A stretch of DNA of 40,769 nucleotides from a virus, in the IMG/VR virus record IMGVR_UViG_3300045988_011209; one strand, 5' to 3'. The translations under genes and the position numbers were made by a program. Each line of letters opens with the position of its first letter. The stretch's first letter is position 1. A model generated the notes under the pieces. That model ran no database searches, had not been told where the DNA came from, and saw nothing but the letters and a program-made list of their open reading frames with translations. Shown here in pieces: positions 1-6,992 of this stretch.

Positions 1-228
1 AAGTCCTTTTACGTGCATGGAATTAATCACATTCTGAAGGTGCTGAAAATGAATATCCGTGATAGGCATATCCGCTATGTTGGATATGTGTTTAAAAGCA
101 ATGTGATAAGACTTAACAGCGCTATCAGAAATAGACTGAGAGTGAATAGGCAGCCACTCGTTAAATAGTTGCCTTAATGTAATGGTATTGCGTTGTCTAC
201 GTTTTAGCATAACAGCGTAACGGCGCAT
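1..228 (-). CDS. N-terminal part (about 76 aa, reverse-complement start ATG at 228..226) of a small tyrosine recombinase that continues on the circle at 40690..40073; putative shufflon invertase
   Basis: Translating the reverse complement of 1..228 gives MRRYAVMLKRRQRNTITLRQLFNEWLPIHSQSISDSAVKSYHIAFKHISNIADMPITD..., which runs in frame into the ORF 40073..40759. The internal Met at 40759 corresponds to window position 69. An RBS GGAGGTG lies 7 nt upstream of the start codon. Total length is 846 nt, which is 281 aa plus stop. Confidence 0.75.
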   Translation of the reverse strand, partial: MRRYAVMLKRRQRNTITLRQLFNEWLPIHSQSISDSAVKSYHIAFKHISNIADMPITDIHFQHLQNVINSMHVKGL

Positions 229-254
229 AATTTCACCTCCGAAAGGATACTACT

Positions 255-647
255 ATGAATCAATATGTATTTGTGTTAAACGAAATGGGCGAACGAATTA
301 CGTCCTATGTTGATAATACTGTAACGCAAGAGCAGTTGTTAGCAACTGCGAAACAAGAATGGCCAGACGCAGCGGATTATATTTACTCTGCAGATGGCGA
401 CAGCATGCTTGATGAATTTATGAGCGGTAAATTCTATGTAGACGGCAAGTTTGTCGAACCTGCTCCGTATGTTCCTACAAAGGAAGATAAGATTAATGCG
501 ATTAAATCTGAATACGAGCCTCGCTTCAAATCCTTAGAAGAGGCTCAGCGCAGATTGTTATTAATGGGAAAACCTACTGGGGCCATTAGCGCACAATATA
601 TCAAATTAAATACCGAAATGGTAACACGTATTAAGGAGGTACAATAA
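255..647 (+). CDS. hypothetical protein (130 aa), first gene downstream of the tail fiber/shufflon region; possibly fiber-associated
   Basis: ORF with an RBS GAAAGGA upstream of the start. I recognise no motif. Confidence 0.5.
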   Translation: MNQYVFVLNEMGERITSYVDNTVTQEQLLATAKQEWPDAADYIYSADGDSMLDEFMSGKFYVDGKFVEPAPYVPTKEDKINAIKSEYEPRFKSLEEAQRRLLLMGKPTGAISAQYIKLNTEMVTRIKEVQ

Positions 648-648
648 T

Positions 649-813
649 ATGCCTAAATATATCGGAGAAAGTAAAGTACCTGTTATGGAATTTTGTGAGT
701 ACTGCTGGGAAGTGCTTAACGAAGACGGAACATGCCCAACAGAGGGCTGTGTCCATAATGATTTAATGGACGAGGTACACGAAGATGAAACTGCCAGTCC
801 TACACAACTTTAA
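649..813 (+). CDS. small Cys-rich (zinc-ribbon-like) protein, 54 aa, not in the supplied ORF track
   Basis: Strong RBS AAGGAGGT 8 nt before the ATG at 649. Translation is [54 protein letters not shown], which contains a CxxC...CxxxxC pattern. It overlaps the start of the 785 ORF by 29 nt. Confidence 0.35.
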   Translation: MPKYIGESKVPVMEFCEYCWEVLNEDGTCPTEGCVHNDLMDEVHEDETASPTQL

Positions 814-1123
814 TGCGATTAAAGGGGAAGTAATTTCTCTTAACATTGGTTATAACAATGTTGTTGCAAGTGAAAGTCTGTTCGCCTGTGTTCGTAAATA
901 TTCGCCGGATGAAGAATATAAAGCGAAGTTTGATATTGACGTATCTACCGACGAGCTAGAAAACGATGAGGCATCTAAAATTACCCTTTCGTTGGATACA
1001 AATGCCCTAGAAGTCGGTAAATATCAATGGGACTTATTTATTTGGAGTGGCGACCACCCTATTAAATGTCTAGTTAAAGGACAAATTAATATAGTCGAAG
1101 GCGTTAGTAATAGGGGGAAATGA
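785..1123 (+). CDS. hypothetical protein (112 aa)
   Basis: ORF translationally coupled (ATGA overlap) to the collagen-like gene. No motif recognised. Confidence 0.45.
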   Translation: MKLPVLHNFNAIKGEVISLNIGYNNVVASESLFACVRKYSPDEEYKAKFDIDVSTDELENDEASKITLSLDTNALEVGKYQWDLFIWSGDHPIKCLVKGQINIVEGVSNRGK

Positions 1124-2370
1124 TGGACGAATTACATATTCACGACAATAATGAAACGATCAAAGTTAAGGACAATACTCAAATCGTTAAACTACAAGGA
1201 CCGAAAGGCGACCCAGGAGAGCAAGGTCCTCCTGGCCCTCCAGGCGAACCTGGTCGAAATGGTATTGACGGATTAAACGGTGAGCGAGGGCTGCAAGGGC
1301 CTCCTGGACCGCCTGGTGCTCCTGGTAAAGATGGAATTAATGGCGACCCAGGTCCTAAAGGTGAACCAGGTAAAGACGGAAAACCGTTTACTTACGATAT
1401 GTTCACACAGGAACAATTAGAGAATTTAAAAGGCCCTAGAGGTGAACAAGGTCCACCAGGACCGCCTGGTACTGGTGCTAATGTAGATTTATCAGCCTAT
1501 ACAACTAAACAAGATGCCGAAAATCTTTACCTAAAAAAAGAAGATATAAGAAACTACCTTACCACGCTAGGAGACCCCAAATATGCACTTAAAGAAGAGT
1601 TAAATAAGTATTTGTCTAACACAGATGCAGTTAATAATTACGCTCAAAAGGGTTGGGCTACTCAAACATTCGCCTATAAGAACGATTTAGGCACTTTTAT
1701 TAAGAAAAACGAGATTGCTCAATATGCATTAACACCTGGTGATGCTTCTAATCGTTACGTTAATAAACTAGAGGGGCAGTCCTTCGCTCAAAAATCTGAA
1801 TTAAGTGATTATGTTAAGAAAACGGAAATTAATCAGTATGCATCAAGTACGCAAGGGCCACCAGGGCCTAAAGGTGAACCGTTTAAATATTCTGACTTCA
1901 CGCAAGACCAACTTAATGCACTTAAAGGGCCAAAGGGTGATAAAGGCGAACCATTTAGATATTCTGATTTTACGGCAGAACAATTACTAGCGTTAAGAGG
2001 GCCTAAAGGAGAACCTGGAAGCGGTGGTGGACAAGCTACTTCGCAACCAATCGAAATATATGAAGTGGTTTGGGGAAACGCTATAGCCAGTAATCCAGGG
2101 GCTGATAGAGGTTACTTAGCATTTGACCCATTAACAGGTTGGGGGTACTTGCATTTTGATTTTAAATTGAAAACTCCTTCTGGTAATGGCAATATGGTCG
2201 CATCGCTACCACCTAATGCACCAGTTGCAGTAAGGCTAATTGAAAGAAGCGTTGATGTAAATAACAATAGTATTTATGTTGAACGAAACAGCCGTATAGT
2301 TAAGGGGTGGGGTGTGCCAGCGAACACACGTTATATTATTGATATTATAGGATATTGGAGGAAAGCATAA
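1120..2370 (+). CDS. collagen-like Gly-X-Y repeat protein with a globular C-terminal domain; putative tail fiber or fibre-like structural protein
   Basis: A long uninterrupted [19 protein letters not shown]...[12 protein letters not shown] Gly-X-Y tract with shorter G-X-Y blocks. Three copies of a roughly 24-aa module (K/E)PF(T/K/R)Y(D/S)(M/D)FTxxQLxxL(K/R)GP(K/R)G are present, the last two as a tandem 72-nt repeat at 1876..2019. A non-repetitive C-terminal region of about 140 aa follows. Confidence 0.8.
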   Translation: MMDELHIHDNNETIKVKDNTQIVKLQGPKGDPGEQGPPGPPGEPGRNGIDGLNGERGLQGPPGPPGAPGKDGINGDPGPKGEPGKDGKPFTYDMFTQEQLENLKGPRGEQGPPGPPGTGANVDLSAYTTKQDAENLYLKKEDIRNYLTTLGDPKYALKEELNKYLSNTDAVNNYAQKGWATQTFAYKNDLGTFIKKNEIAQYALTPGDASNRYVNKLEGQSFAQKSELSDYVKKTEINQYASSTQGPPGPKGEPFKYSDFTQDQLNALKGPKGDKGEPFRYSDFTAEQLLALRGPKGEPGSGGGQATSQPIEIYEVVWGNAIASNPGADRGYLAFDPLTGWGYLHFDFKLKTPSGNGNMVASLPPNAPVAVRLIERSVDVNNNSIYVERNSRIVKGWGVPANTRYIIDIIGYWRKA

Positions 2371-2374
2371 AGGG

Positions 2375-2713
2375 ATGTGGACATGGCAATTCGAACTGAA
2401 TGATATATTAACCACTCTTACAATTGTAGGTGTAGTTGCAGGTGCAGGATATAGATTGTTGATTATTCCTTTGCTACAACAGTTGGACTCACAACGCGTG
2501 CAAGATAATCTTATTTTTCAAGAAAAATGGGGTGTATTAACTGACACGCTAAAAGATTTGAAAGATGAAATTAAATTATCACGTGCAGAGCGTATTAAAG
2601 CTGAAAGCAAGCAAGTATTACTATCTGCAAAGGTTGAAGCATTAGAAGTGCGTGTTGATGATATTAAGGAGGCGTTACATGAACATTCCACCAAAGCTCA
2701 TCAATACAATTAA
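2375..2713 (+). CDS. membrane protein with one N-terminal TM segment and a coiled coil; possible holin/antiholin-type lysis accessory
   Basis: Hydrophobic segment LTIVGVVAGAGYRLLIIPLL followed by a charged coiled-coil region. Sits immediately upstream of the holin and endolysin. Confidence 0.4.
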   Translation: MWTWQFELNDILTTLTIVGVVAGAGYRLLIIPLLQQLDSQRVQDNLIFQEKWGVLTDTLKDLKDEIKLSRAERIKAESKQVLLSAKVEALEVRVDDIKEALHEHSTKAHQYN

Positions 2714-3011
2714 ACAATCTTATAAATCTGTGAGGGTGGCTAACATCCACCCTACAGGTATATTCGCTACTCGGGCGCTAGTATTTATTATGCTAGTGCC
2801 TATTTTATTGGTAATAACTCAGTATGTTATGTCATTTGTTAGCGGGTACGTATCTGACGAGGCGAACAAGCTGATTAATGTAGGGCTTAATATCATAGAT
2901 CATATATTCATCCCTAGCGTATTAATGGCTGTTGTAGGATTCCTGGGACTTTGGCTAGATAAGAACAATAATGGCATTCCCGATAAATTAGAAGAGGAGG
3001 ATAAACGATGA
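2679..3011 (+). CDS. holin candidate (two TM segments, charged C-terminus)
   Basis: Start chosen at the ATG at 2679, preceded by RBS AAGGAGG; the track ORF begins at 2652. TM segments IFATRALVFIMLVPILLVI and IFIPSVLMAVVGFLGLWL are followed by a hydrophilic tail DKNNNGIPDKLEEEDKR. The stop overlaps the endolysin start (ATGA). Confidence 0.55.
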   Translation: MNIPPKLINTIKQSYKSVRVANIHPTGIFATRALVFIMLVPILLVITQYVMSFVSGYVSDEANKLINVGLNIIDHIFIPSVLMAVVGFLGLWLDKNNNGIPDKLEEEDKR

Positions 3012-3526
3012 AAGTATTTATTAATCCCGGACATGATATTAATTTAGATAGCGGGGCAGTTAACCCTGTATATGGTACACGTGAATGTGACGTGGCACGT
3101 GATGCGGGCAAAATGTTAGCTCGCTATTTGGAAACAGCAGGATGTGAAGTCCGCACTCTACAAGATGACGATTTAGGTCTAGTATGTTCTGAATCTGATT
3201 CTTGGGGCGCAGATATCTTCGTATCGCTTCATTGTAATGCATTTAACACGGAAGCTCGAGGAACTGAAACACTGTATAAGTCCTTTAATGGGCAACGCTT
3301 AGCGAACGATATTCAAAGTCAAATCATCCGCAGCATTAATACAGTTGACCGGGGCGTTAAGAAACGCGACGACCTTTGGGTACTAAATGGCACGGACGCA
3401 ACTGCAGTATTAGTTGAAATGGCATTCATTGATAACGAAGAAGATCATGCTATGCTGACTAATGATTTAGATACTATCGTTCGTGCCATTGCTAGGGGGA
3501 TTACTGACTACGCAGGAGGGATATGA
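3008..3526 (+). CDS. N-acetylmuramoyl-L-alanine amidase (Amidase_3 / CwlA-type) endolysin
   Basis: Matches the conserved Amidase_3 layout: N-terminal INPGHD/GAV, an SLHCNAF zinc-ligand region, and VLVEMAFIDNEED near the C-terminus. Confidence 0.9.
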   Translation: MKVFINPGHDINLDSGAVNPVYGTRECDVARDAGKMLARYLETAGCEVRTLQDDDLGLVCSESDSWGADIFVSLHCNAFNTEARGTETLYKSFNGQRLANDIQSQIIRSINTVDRGVKKRDDLWVLNGTDATAVLVEMAFIDNEEDHAMLTNDLDTIVRAIARGITDYAGGI

Positions 3527-4011
3527 TGTATGACAAACTCAAAGTTTTACTTAATAGCCTTAGTTACCGCCATGCTGTTATCGGTGGTATTGTGCTCCTC
3601 TCCGTCTTTTGCTGCTGGTACATCTTCCACGAGCCAAGTGGAGCCAACAATCACGATTCCCTTAACACAGTGGAACGAATTGAAAAGCAACAACGAGAAA
3701 GCCTTGAACTTAATCGAAGCATCCAACGTTCCATTGACCGAAGCTCAGACCTTAGTCATGAAGCAAAAGAACGAATTGACCGAAGCACACAATACAATAT
3801 CGACATTGGAAACAGAATTGATGAAAGCCAAAATGCTATCCATGAAGCAAGAAGTTACCTTGTCAGAAATGCAGAGCTCATTAACAGAATTGAAGGGTCA
3901 AATAGAGAACGACAAGCGAACAATCAAACGACTACGGATGCAGCGCAACCTATCTCAGATGGTGGGAGCGGGAGCAATAATTGGAGTAGTGATTCATCGG
4001 TAAAGAGGTGA
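3523..4011 (+). CDS. alternative-frame ORF fully overlapping 3530..4003; i-spanin-like layout (N-terminal TM plus periplasmic repeat-rich domain). It may be a genuine embedded gene or only a shadow ORF
   Basis: The ATG overlaps the endolysin stop (ATGA), and RBS GGAGGG sits 6 nt upstream. N-terminal TM AVIGGIVLLSVFCCWYIF. Its codon usage is atypical for this genome (many CGA and CTT codons). Confidence 0.3.
   Translation: MMYDKLKVLLNSLSYRHAVIGGIVLLSVFCCWYIFHEPSGANNHDSLNTVERIEKQQRESLELNRSIQRSIDRSSDLSHEAKERIDRSTQYNIDIGNRIDESQNAIHEARSYLVRNAELINRIEGSNRERQANNQTTTDAAQPISDGGSGSNNWSSDSSVKR
3530..4003 (+). CDS. spanin-like envelope protein (N-terminal signal peptide, central coiled coil, C-terminal TM); codon usage fits the genome
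   Basis: Signal-like N-terminus MTNSKFYLIALVTAMLLSVVLCSSPSFA, heptad-rich middle, C-terminal MVGAGAIIGVVIH. Uses TTA/TTG for Leu like the other genes in the genome. Starts 4 nt after the endolysin stop. Confidence 0.5.
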   Translation: MTNSKFYLIALVTAMLLSVVLCSSPSFAAGTSSTSQVEPTITIPLTQWNELKSNNEKALNLIEASNVPLTEAQTLVMKQKNELTEAHNTISTLETELMKAKMLSMKQEVTLSEMQSSLTELKGQIENDKRTIKRLRMQRNLSQMVGAGAIIGVVIHR

Positions 4012-4052
4012 TCCAAATATCTCCCTAGCCTTGCGAGGGTGGACGTAAGGCA

Positions 4053-4086
4053 AGCCCCAGGTAAATACTACCTGGGGCTTTTTGTG
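4053..4086 (+). terminator. rho-independent terminator after the lysis cassette
   Basis: Stem AGCCCCAGGTA / TACCTGGGGCT followed by a TTTTTGTGTTT run. Confidence 0.6.
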
Positions 4087-4110
4087 TTTGACATCATTTT
4101 GACATCAATT
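4087..4110 (+). repeat. two direct copies of TTGACATCA (TTTGACATCATTTTGACATCAATT); putative integrase arm-type binding sites on one attP arm
   Basis: The same 24-mer recurs at 4309..4332 and a third partial copy lies at 4282..4295, giving five TTGACATCA copies flanking the tRNA-fragment core. Confidence 0.5.
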
Positions 4111-4210
4111 TATTAAAAAATATATAGAAATATAGTTAAATGTGATACTATGAAATGCAGTTAAATACTGTGTTTACTGGATTTATCTATAGTGTGAAAA
4201 TTAACTCTTA

Positions 4211-4249
4211 ATCAGGGTGTCCAGGGTTCGAACCCCTGGTGGTCCACCA
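4211..4249 (+). other. 3' fragment of a tRNA gene (T-arm, acceptor 3' strand and CCA); putative attP core
   Basis: T-stem CAGGG, loop TTCGAAC, stem CCCTG, then GTGGTCC, A and CCA. No matching 5' acceptor strand or D/anticodon arms lie upstream, so this is a fragment of the kind carried by tRNA-integrating phages. Confidence 0.6.
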
Positions 4250-4252
4250 AAA

Positions 4253-4281
4253 TAAACCCGCACTACTGTGCGGGTTTTTCT
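4253..4281. terminator. bidirectional stem-loop terminator between attP and the integrase 3' end
   Basis: AACCCGCAC-TACT-GTGCGGGTT is flanked by A-runs on one side and T-runs on the other. Confidence 0.55.
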
Positions 4282-4332
4282 TTTGACATCATTTTTATCA
4301 GGGTACCCTTTGACATCATTTTGACATCAATT
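4282..4332 (+). repeat. three direct copies of TTGACATCA (second attP arm), ending at the integrase stop
   Basis: TTTGACATCATTTT at 4282..4295 and TTTGACATCATTTTGACATCAATT at 4309..4332. Confidence 0.5.
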
Positions 4333-5404
4333 AGAATATGTTTGAAATCTTTTCTACCACATCAGCTTCCATAATCGGAGTAACGTGAGAGTAGGTATCC
4401 ATCGTTTGTTGATATGAAGAATGGCCAAGCCTCATTTGTACGACTTTAAAGTTTACGCCTGCTTCTAATAATAAGGTAGCATGGGTATGGCGAGTATCGT
4501 GCATCGTAAAGTCAGGCCTACCGATTGCAGTAGCAAACTTTTTACACTTTAGAGAAACTTTAGCCGGATCACGAGGGTTTCCGAACTTACCAGGGAACAC
4601 GAGATTATTATTTCTCCAGTTCGTTGCTTTTAATCTTCGTTTATCGACGTGTGTGCGAAGTTTTAGTAGCTCTGCGATAGTTTTATCGTCGAGTGAAATA
4701 GAACGCCTAGACGAGCTATTTTTAGTTGTTTTTGAGATAGTTGTGACTTCGTCGATACGTAAAACTGTCTGATTGACGGTTAACGTCTTTTGTTTTAAGT
4801 TGACATCATCCCAGGCTAAACCGAGTATCTCGCTGCGGCGCAAACCCGTAGTAAATGCTAGCTTGAACAGGGCATGCCATTCGACATCATCAATTTGTTC
4901 GAGGAAGGTTTCAACTTCTTCTTTAGATAGCGTTACCATTTCACGTTTGCGTTCTTGTTTAGGCTTCTTAACCAGCGTGGCCACGTTCTTCGATATTATC
5001 TCATCCATGACCGCCTGTTTAAGGATAGCCCTAAGAACGGTTAGCGTATAGCCGATAGTCCTGGCTGATAAGTGGCTCATGCTATCCATTAAAGCTCTTA
5101 CATTTAATGCGGATAGCTCGACTAATCGTATCGAACCTATGAAAGGTACAATATAGGTTTTAATAATATATTGGTAAGAGGAGAGGGTATTTTGTGAAAT
5201 CGTATCCTTCTTAAGTCTGATCCAATAGTCACACCATCTCTCTATTGTAATCGTATTATCGTAGTTAGCACATTGTGCTAGTGATTCAACGTAAGCATCA
5301 CGTTCAGCAATAGCAGCTTTCTTGGTAGTACCATAAAAGTATTTACGCTTACCATTTATCATTTTAGATACTTGGTAGCGTCCATCAACTCGTTTTTTAG
5401 CCAT
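4331..5404 (-). CDS. int: tyrosine integrase (phage integrase family, 357 aa)
   Basis: Catalytic signature HDTRHTHATLL...LGHSSYQQTMDTYSHV with the conserved R, HxxR, H and Y. An N-terminal domain of about 170 aa is present. The gene is adjacent to the attP-like tRNA fragment. Confidence 0.9.
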   Translation of the reverse strand: MAKKRVDGRYQVSKMINGKRKYFYGTTKKAAIAERDAYVESLAQCANYDNTITIERWCDYWIRLKKDTISQNTLSSYQYIIKTYIVPFIGSIRLVELSALNVRALMDSMSHLSARTIGYTLTVLRAILKQAVMDEIISKNVATLVKKPKQERKREMVTLSKEEVETFLEQIDDVEWHALFKLAFTTGLRRSEILGLAWDDVNLKQKTLTVNQTVLRIDEVTTISKTTKNSSSRRSISLDDKTIAELLKLRTHVDKRRLKATNWRNNNLVFPGKFGNPRDPAKVSLKCKKFATAIGRPDFTMHDTRHTHATLLLEAGVNFKVVQMRLGHSSYQQTMDTYSHVTPIMEADVVEKISNIF

Positions 5405-5518
5405 AAAAATAACCTCCTAGGCTTAAATTTGAGTATAAGAAATAAGCCTTAGAGGTTTTATGTGATATAATAGTATTGGAGTAAAAATGAAATACCTCTA
5501 AGGTATGTAGTTTTTAGT

Positions 5519-5550
5519 GGCCCTCACTGCGGTGAGGGCTTATTTTTTTA
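5519..5550 (+). terminator. GC-rich hairpin followed by a T-run (terminator-like) between int and the downstream minus-strand gene
   Basis: GGCCCTCACTGCGGTGAGGGC followed by TTATTTTTTTA. The T-run is on the + strand, so as a terminator it would serve a + strand transcript. Confidence 0.4.
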
Positions 5551-5551
5551 T

Positions 5552-5899
5552 CTAAAATACAGAATCTAGTACGTTATCATACCAGTGCTTTTTCTTTTTA
5601 GGCTGTTGCACTTCTTCAGATGGTGCCTGGTGTATCTCATGATCGGCTTGCCATTTTGCCAGTGCGTTTTTAGTACCTTCGTCGACTTTGTGTAAGTCGT
5701 CCATTTCTTTTTGTGTCATACTAATAGTGCGTTCAAGATATTCCTGTTCGTCTAGTAATTCTGTGCTCCCGTCATCGTAATGTACTAATACTTTAGGGCC
5801 GTCTAAGGCCTTAAATTCATCGTGAGATACCTCAGTTCTAGCGAATCCTGTAACTGTAACTAAGGCGAGCATAGTAGTAATTAATAAAGTCTTTTTCAT
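5552..5899 (-). CDS. secreted hypothetical protein (signal peptide; 115 aa) within the lysogeny module
   Basis: N-terminus MKKTLLITTMLALVTVTGFA is a classic Sec signal. The mature part is acidic. Confidence 0.55.
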   Translation of the reverse strand: MKKTLLITTMLALVTVTGFARTEVSHDEFKALDGPKVLVHYDDGSTELLDEQEYLERTISMTQKEMDDLHKVDEGTKNALAKWQADHEIHQAPSEEVQQPKKKKHWYDNVLDSVF

Positions 5900-5925
5900 G
5901 TTAACATCTCCCTATATATAATCCC

Positions 5926-6201
5926 TTATAATACTGATACATAATGATGGTAGAAATCTATATTCTCCAGTTCGGTATCATCAATACATGTTCGACGGAC
6001 CATTTGCTCTACTAGATTAACGTGATGGTCTAAATAGAAGTCGTCATTAATAATATGCATTAATTCGTGCTTAATTTCTTCCCTCATACGGTCATGAGGG
6101 AGGTTTTTATTTATATAGATATTATGAGTATCTATATCTTCACATTCCTCTGATACAGCGTTGGCATGTGGTAAGTCGCAATAAATCAAATTTACAACCA
6201 A
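5926..6201 (-). CDS. ImmA/IrrE-like zinc metallopeptidase (short, 91 aa)
   Basis: HExxH motif HELMHII, and the gene sits directly downstream of an XRE-family repressor, which is the typical ImmR/ImmA arrangement. Confidence 0.55.
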   Translation of the reverse strand: MVVNLIYCDLPHANAVSEECEDIDTHNIYINKNLPHDRMREEIKHELMHIINDDFYLDHHVNLVEQMVRRTCIDDTELENIDFYHHYVSVL

Positions 6202-6222
6202 TATATCACTCTCCCTTGTGTA

Positions 6223-6600
6223 TTATTTGTTTTTTAATTTTAAAAGCTCTATATATTCGACTGCTTTTTCTAAATCCTCCTTACTTATATCTTTAGCGGC
6301 AGAGAAGAGCATACGAGCTCCTGGACGTGTGCGTAGGTATTCAGCAAATTCGGCTGCTTCACGGTCAGTGTAATAGCCGTCTGTATATTTCTCTACTAGT
6401 TCAGATTTAGGAACGCCAAAATAGTTTGCCAATAACTCAATTTTATCGATTCTAGGATACGTATTTCCCTTTACCCAATCGGTAAACGTAGTATACTTTA
6501 GCCCTAAATCAGCGCATATTTTATTGCGATCAATTCCGCGACTATCCATTAGTCGTTGAATATTCTCGGCCATAATAGCCTTGTTGCCTAAATCACTCAT
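6223..6600 (-). CDS. XRE-family HTH transcriptional repressor (CI-like)
   Basis: N-terminal HTH NKICADLGLKYTTFTDWVKGNTYP with a C-terminal extension. Transcribed divergently from the Cro-like gene across an operator-rich intergenic region. Confidence 0.8.
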   Translation of the reverse strand: MSDLGNKAIMAENIQRLMDSRGIDRNKICADLGLKYTTFTDWVKGNTYPRIDKIELLANYFGVPKSELVEKYTDGYYTDREAAEFAEYLRTRPGARMLFSAAKDISKEDLEKAVEYIELLKLKNK

Positions 6601-6642
6601 AATAACCTCTCAAACACGGAATATATTAATTAATATACCTAT

Positions 6643-6671
6643 ATATTACGACATTTTCGTAATAAAATCAA
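6643..6671 (-). promoter_or_regulatory. putative repressor-gene promoter (minus strand: -35 TTGATT, 17-bp spacer, -10 TAATAT) with operator palindrome TTACGA-CATTT-TCGTAA (6646..6662) in the spacer
   Basis: Read directly from the sequence. The inverted repeat has perfect 6-bp arms. Confidence 0.45.
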
Positions 6672-6710
6672 TATTTTACGGAAATTTTACGATAGTTTAA
6701 GTTTAGTTTA

Positions 6711-6739
6711 TGGACATTACGGATAAACCGTAGTAGAAT
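6711..6739 (+). promoter_or_regulatory. putative early rightward promoter (-35 TGGACA, 17-bp spacer, -10 TAGAAT) with operator palindrome TACGG-ATAAA-CCGTA (6718..6732) filling the spacer
   Basis: Read directly from the sequence. The downstream RBS AAAGGAGGT precedes the Cro-like gene. Confidence 0.45.
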
Positions 6740-6783
6740 GATGACTGTAAACAAGATGTGAGTATCGAGAAAGGAGGTAGCTT

Positions 6784-6972
6784 ATGAAGTATACATTAAA
6801 GATGTTAAGGGCTTCAAAAAACTGGTCTCAACTTACGGCATCTAAAGCAATTGGAGTGTCTGTTGATACTTGGGGAAATTGGGAGCGCAAACGCTCTTAC
6901 CCTGATGTTCCTCACATAAAAAAGATACAAGAAGTATTTGGTGTAACGTATGACGACATTATTTTTTTATAG
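6784..6972 (+). CDS. Cro-like small HTH regulator (XRE family, 62 aa)
   Basis: HTH WSQLTASKAIGVSVDTWGNWERKRSYP. Divergent from the repressor gene. Confidence 0.7.
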   Translation: MKYTLKMLRASKNWSQLTASKAIGVSVDTWGNWERKRSYPDVPHIKKIQEVFGVTYDDIIFL

Positions 6973-6976
6973 TTGA

Positions 6977-6992
6977 TTACGGTTAAACCGTT
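6977..6992. promoter_or_regulatory. third operator-like palindrome TTACGG-TTAAA-CCGTTA between the two rightward HTH genes
   Basis: Belongs to the same TTACGR-N5-YCGTAA family as 6646..6662 and 6717..6733. Confidence 0.4.

Noticed and set aside
1805-1990. Internal and antisense ORFs nested in confident genes: 1805..1990, 2914..3111, 3060..3242, 4773..5051, 8153..8434, 8424..8624, 8697..8936, 8983..9171, 9438..9833, 9972..10211, 10225..10470, 11306..11569, 12168..12701, 13116..13340, 13467..13673, 13756..14136, 15000..15401, 15226..15408, 15398..15694, 15660..15914, 15698..15895, 17525..17839, 17527..17742, 17821..18120, 19205..19456, 20428..20625, 20866..21057, 22322..22606, 24066..24311, 24079..24303, 26063..26305, 26125..26454, 26745..27005, 27467..27661, 27932..28228, 28320..28682, 28947..29162, 29408..29605, 29666..29866, 30209..30541, 30259..30720, 30465..30722, 30978..31187, 31262..31462, 31512..31745, 31606..31791, 31703..31987, 32207..32389, 32843..33037, 33139..33468, 33548..33787, 33963..34175, 34237..34503, 34653..34877, 35365..35598, 35614..35901, 36119..36304, 36606..36821, 37101..37382, 37259..37450, 37608..37832, 38806..39027, 39174..39392, 39286..39513, 40110..40295
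   Set aside because: They lie inside or antisense to well-supported genes, lack ribosome-binding sites, and have low-complexity or atypical composition. They are shadow ORFs.
3523-4011. Treating the frame-1 ORF as definitely real
   Set aside because: Its codon usage is a poor fit to the genome, being CGA- and CTT-rich as expected from a frame-shifted reading of the frame-2 gene. It is reported as a possibility and flagged for testing rather than asserted.
4087-4332. TTGACATCA repeats considered as a stack of -35 promoter elements
   Set aside because: No appropriately spaced -10 boxes follow them. Their clustering on both sides of the tRNA-fragment core and next to the integrase fits arm-type recombinase binding sites better.
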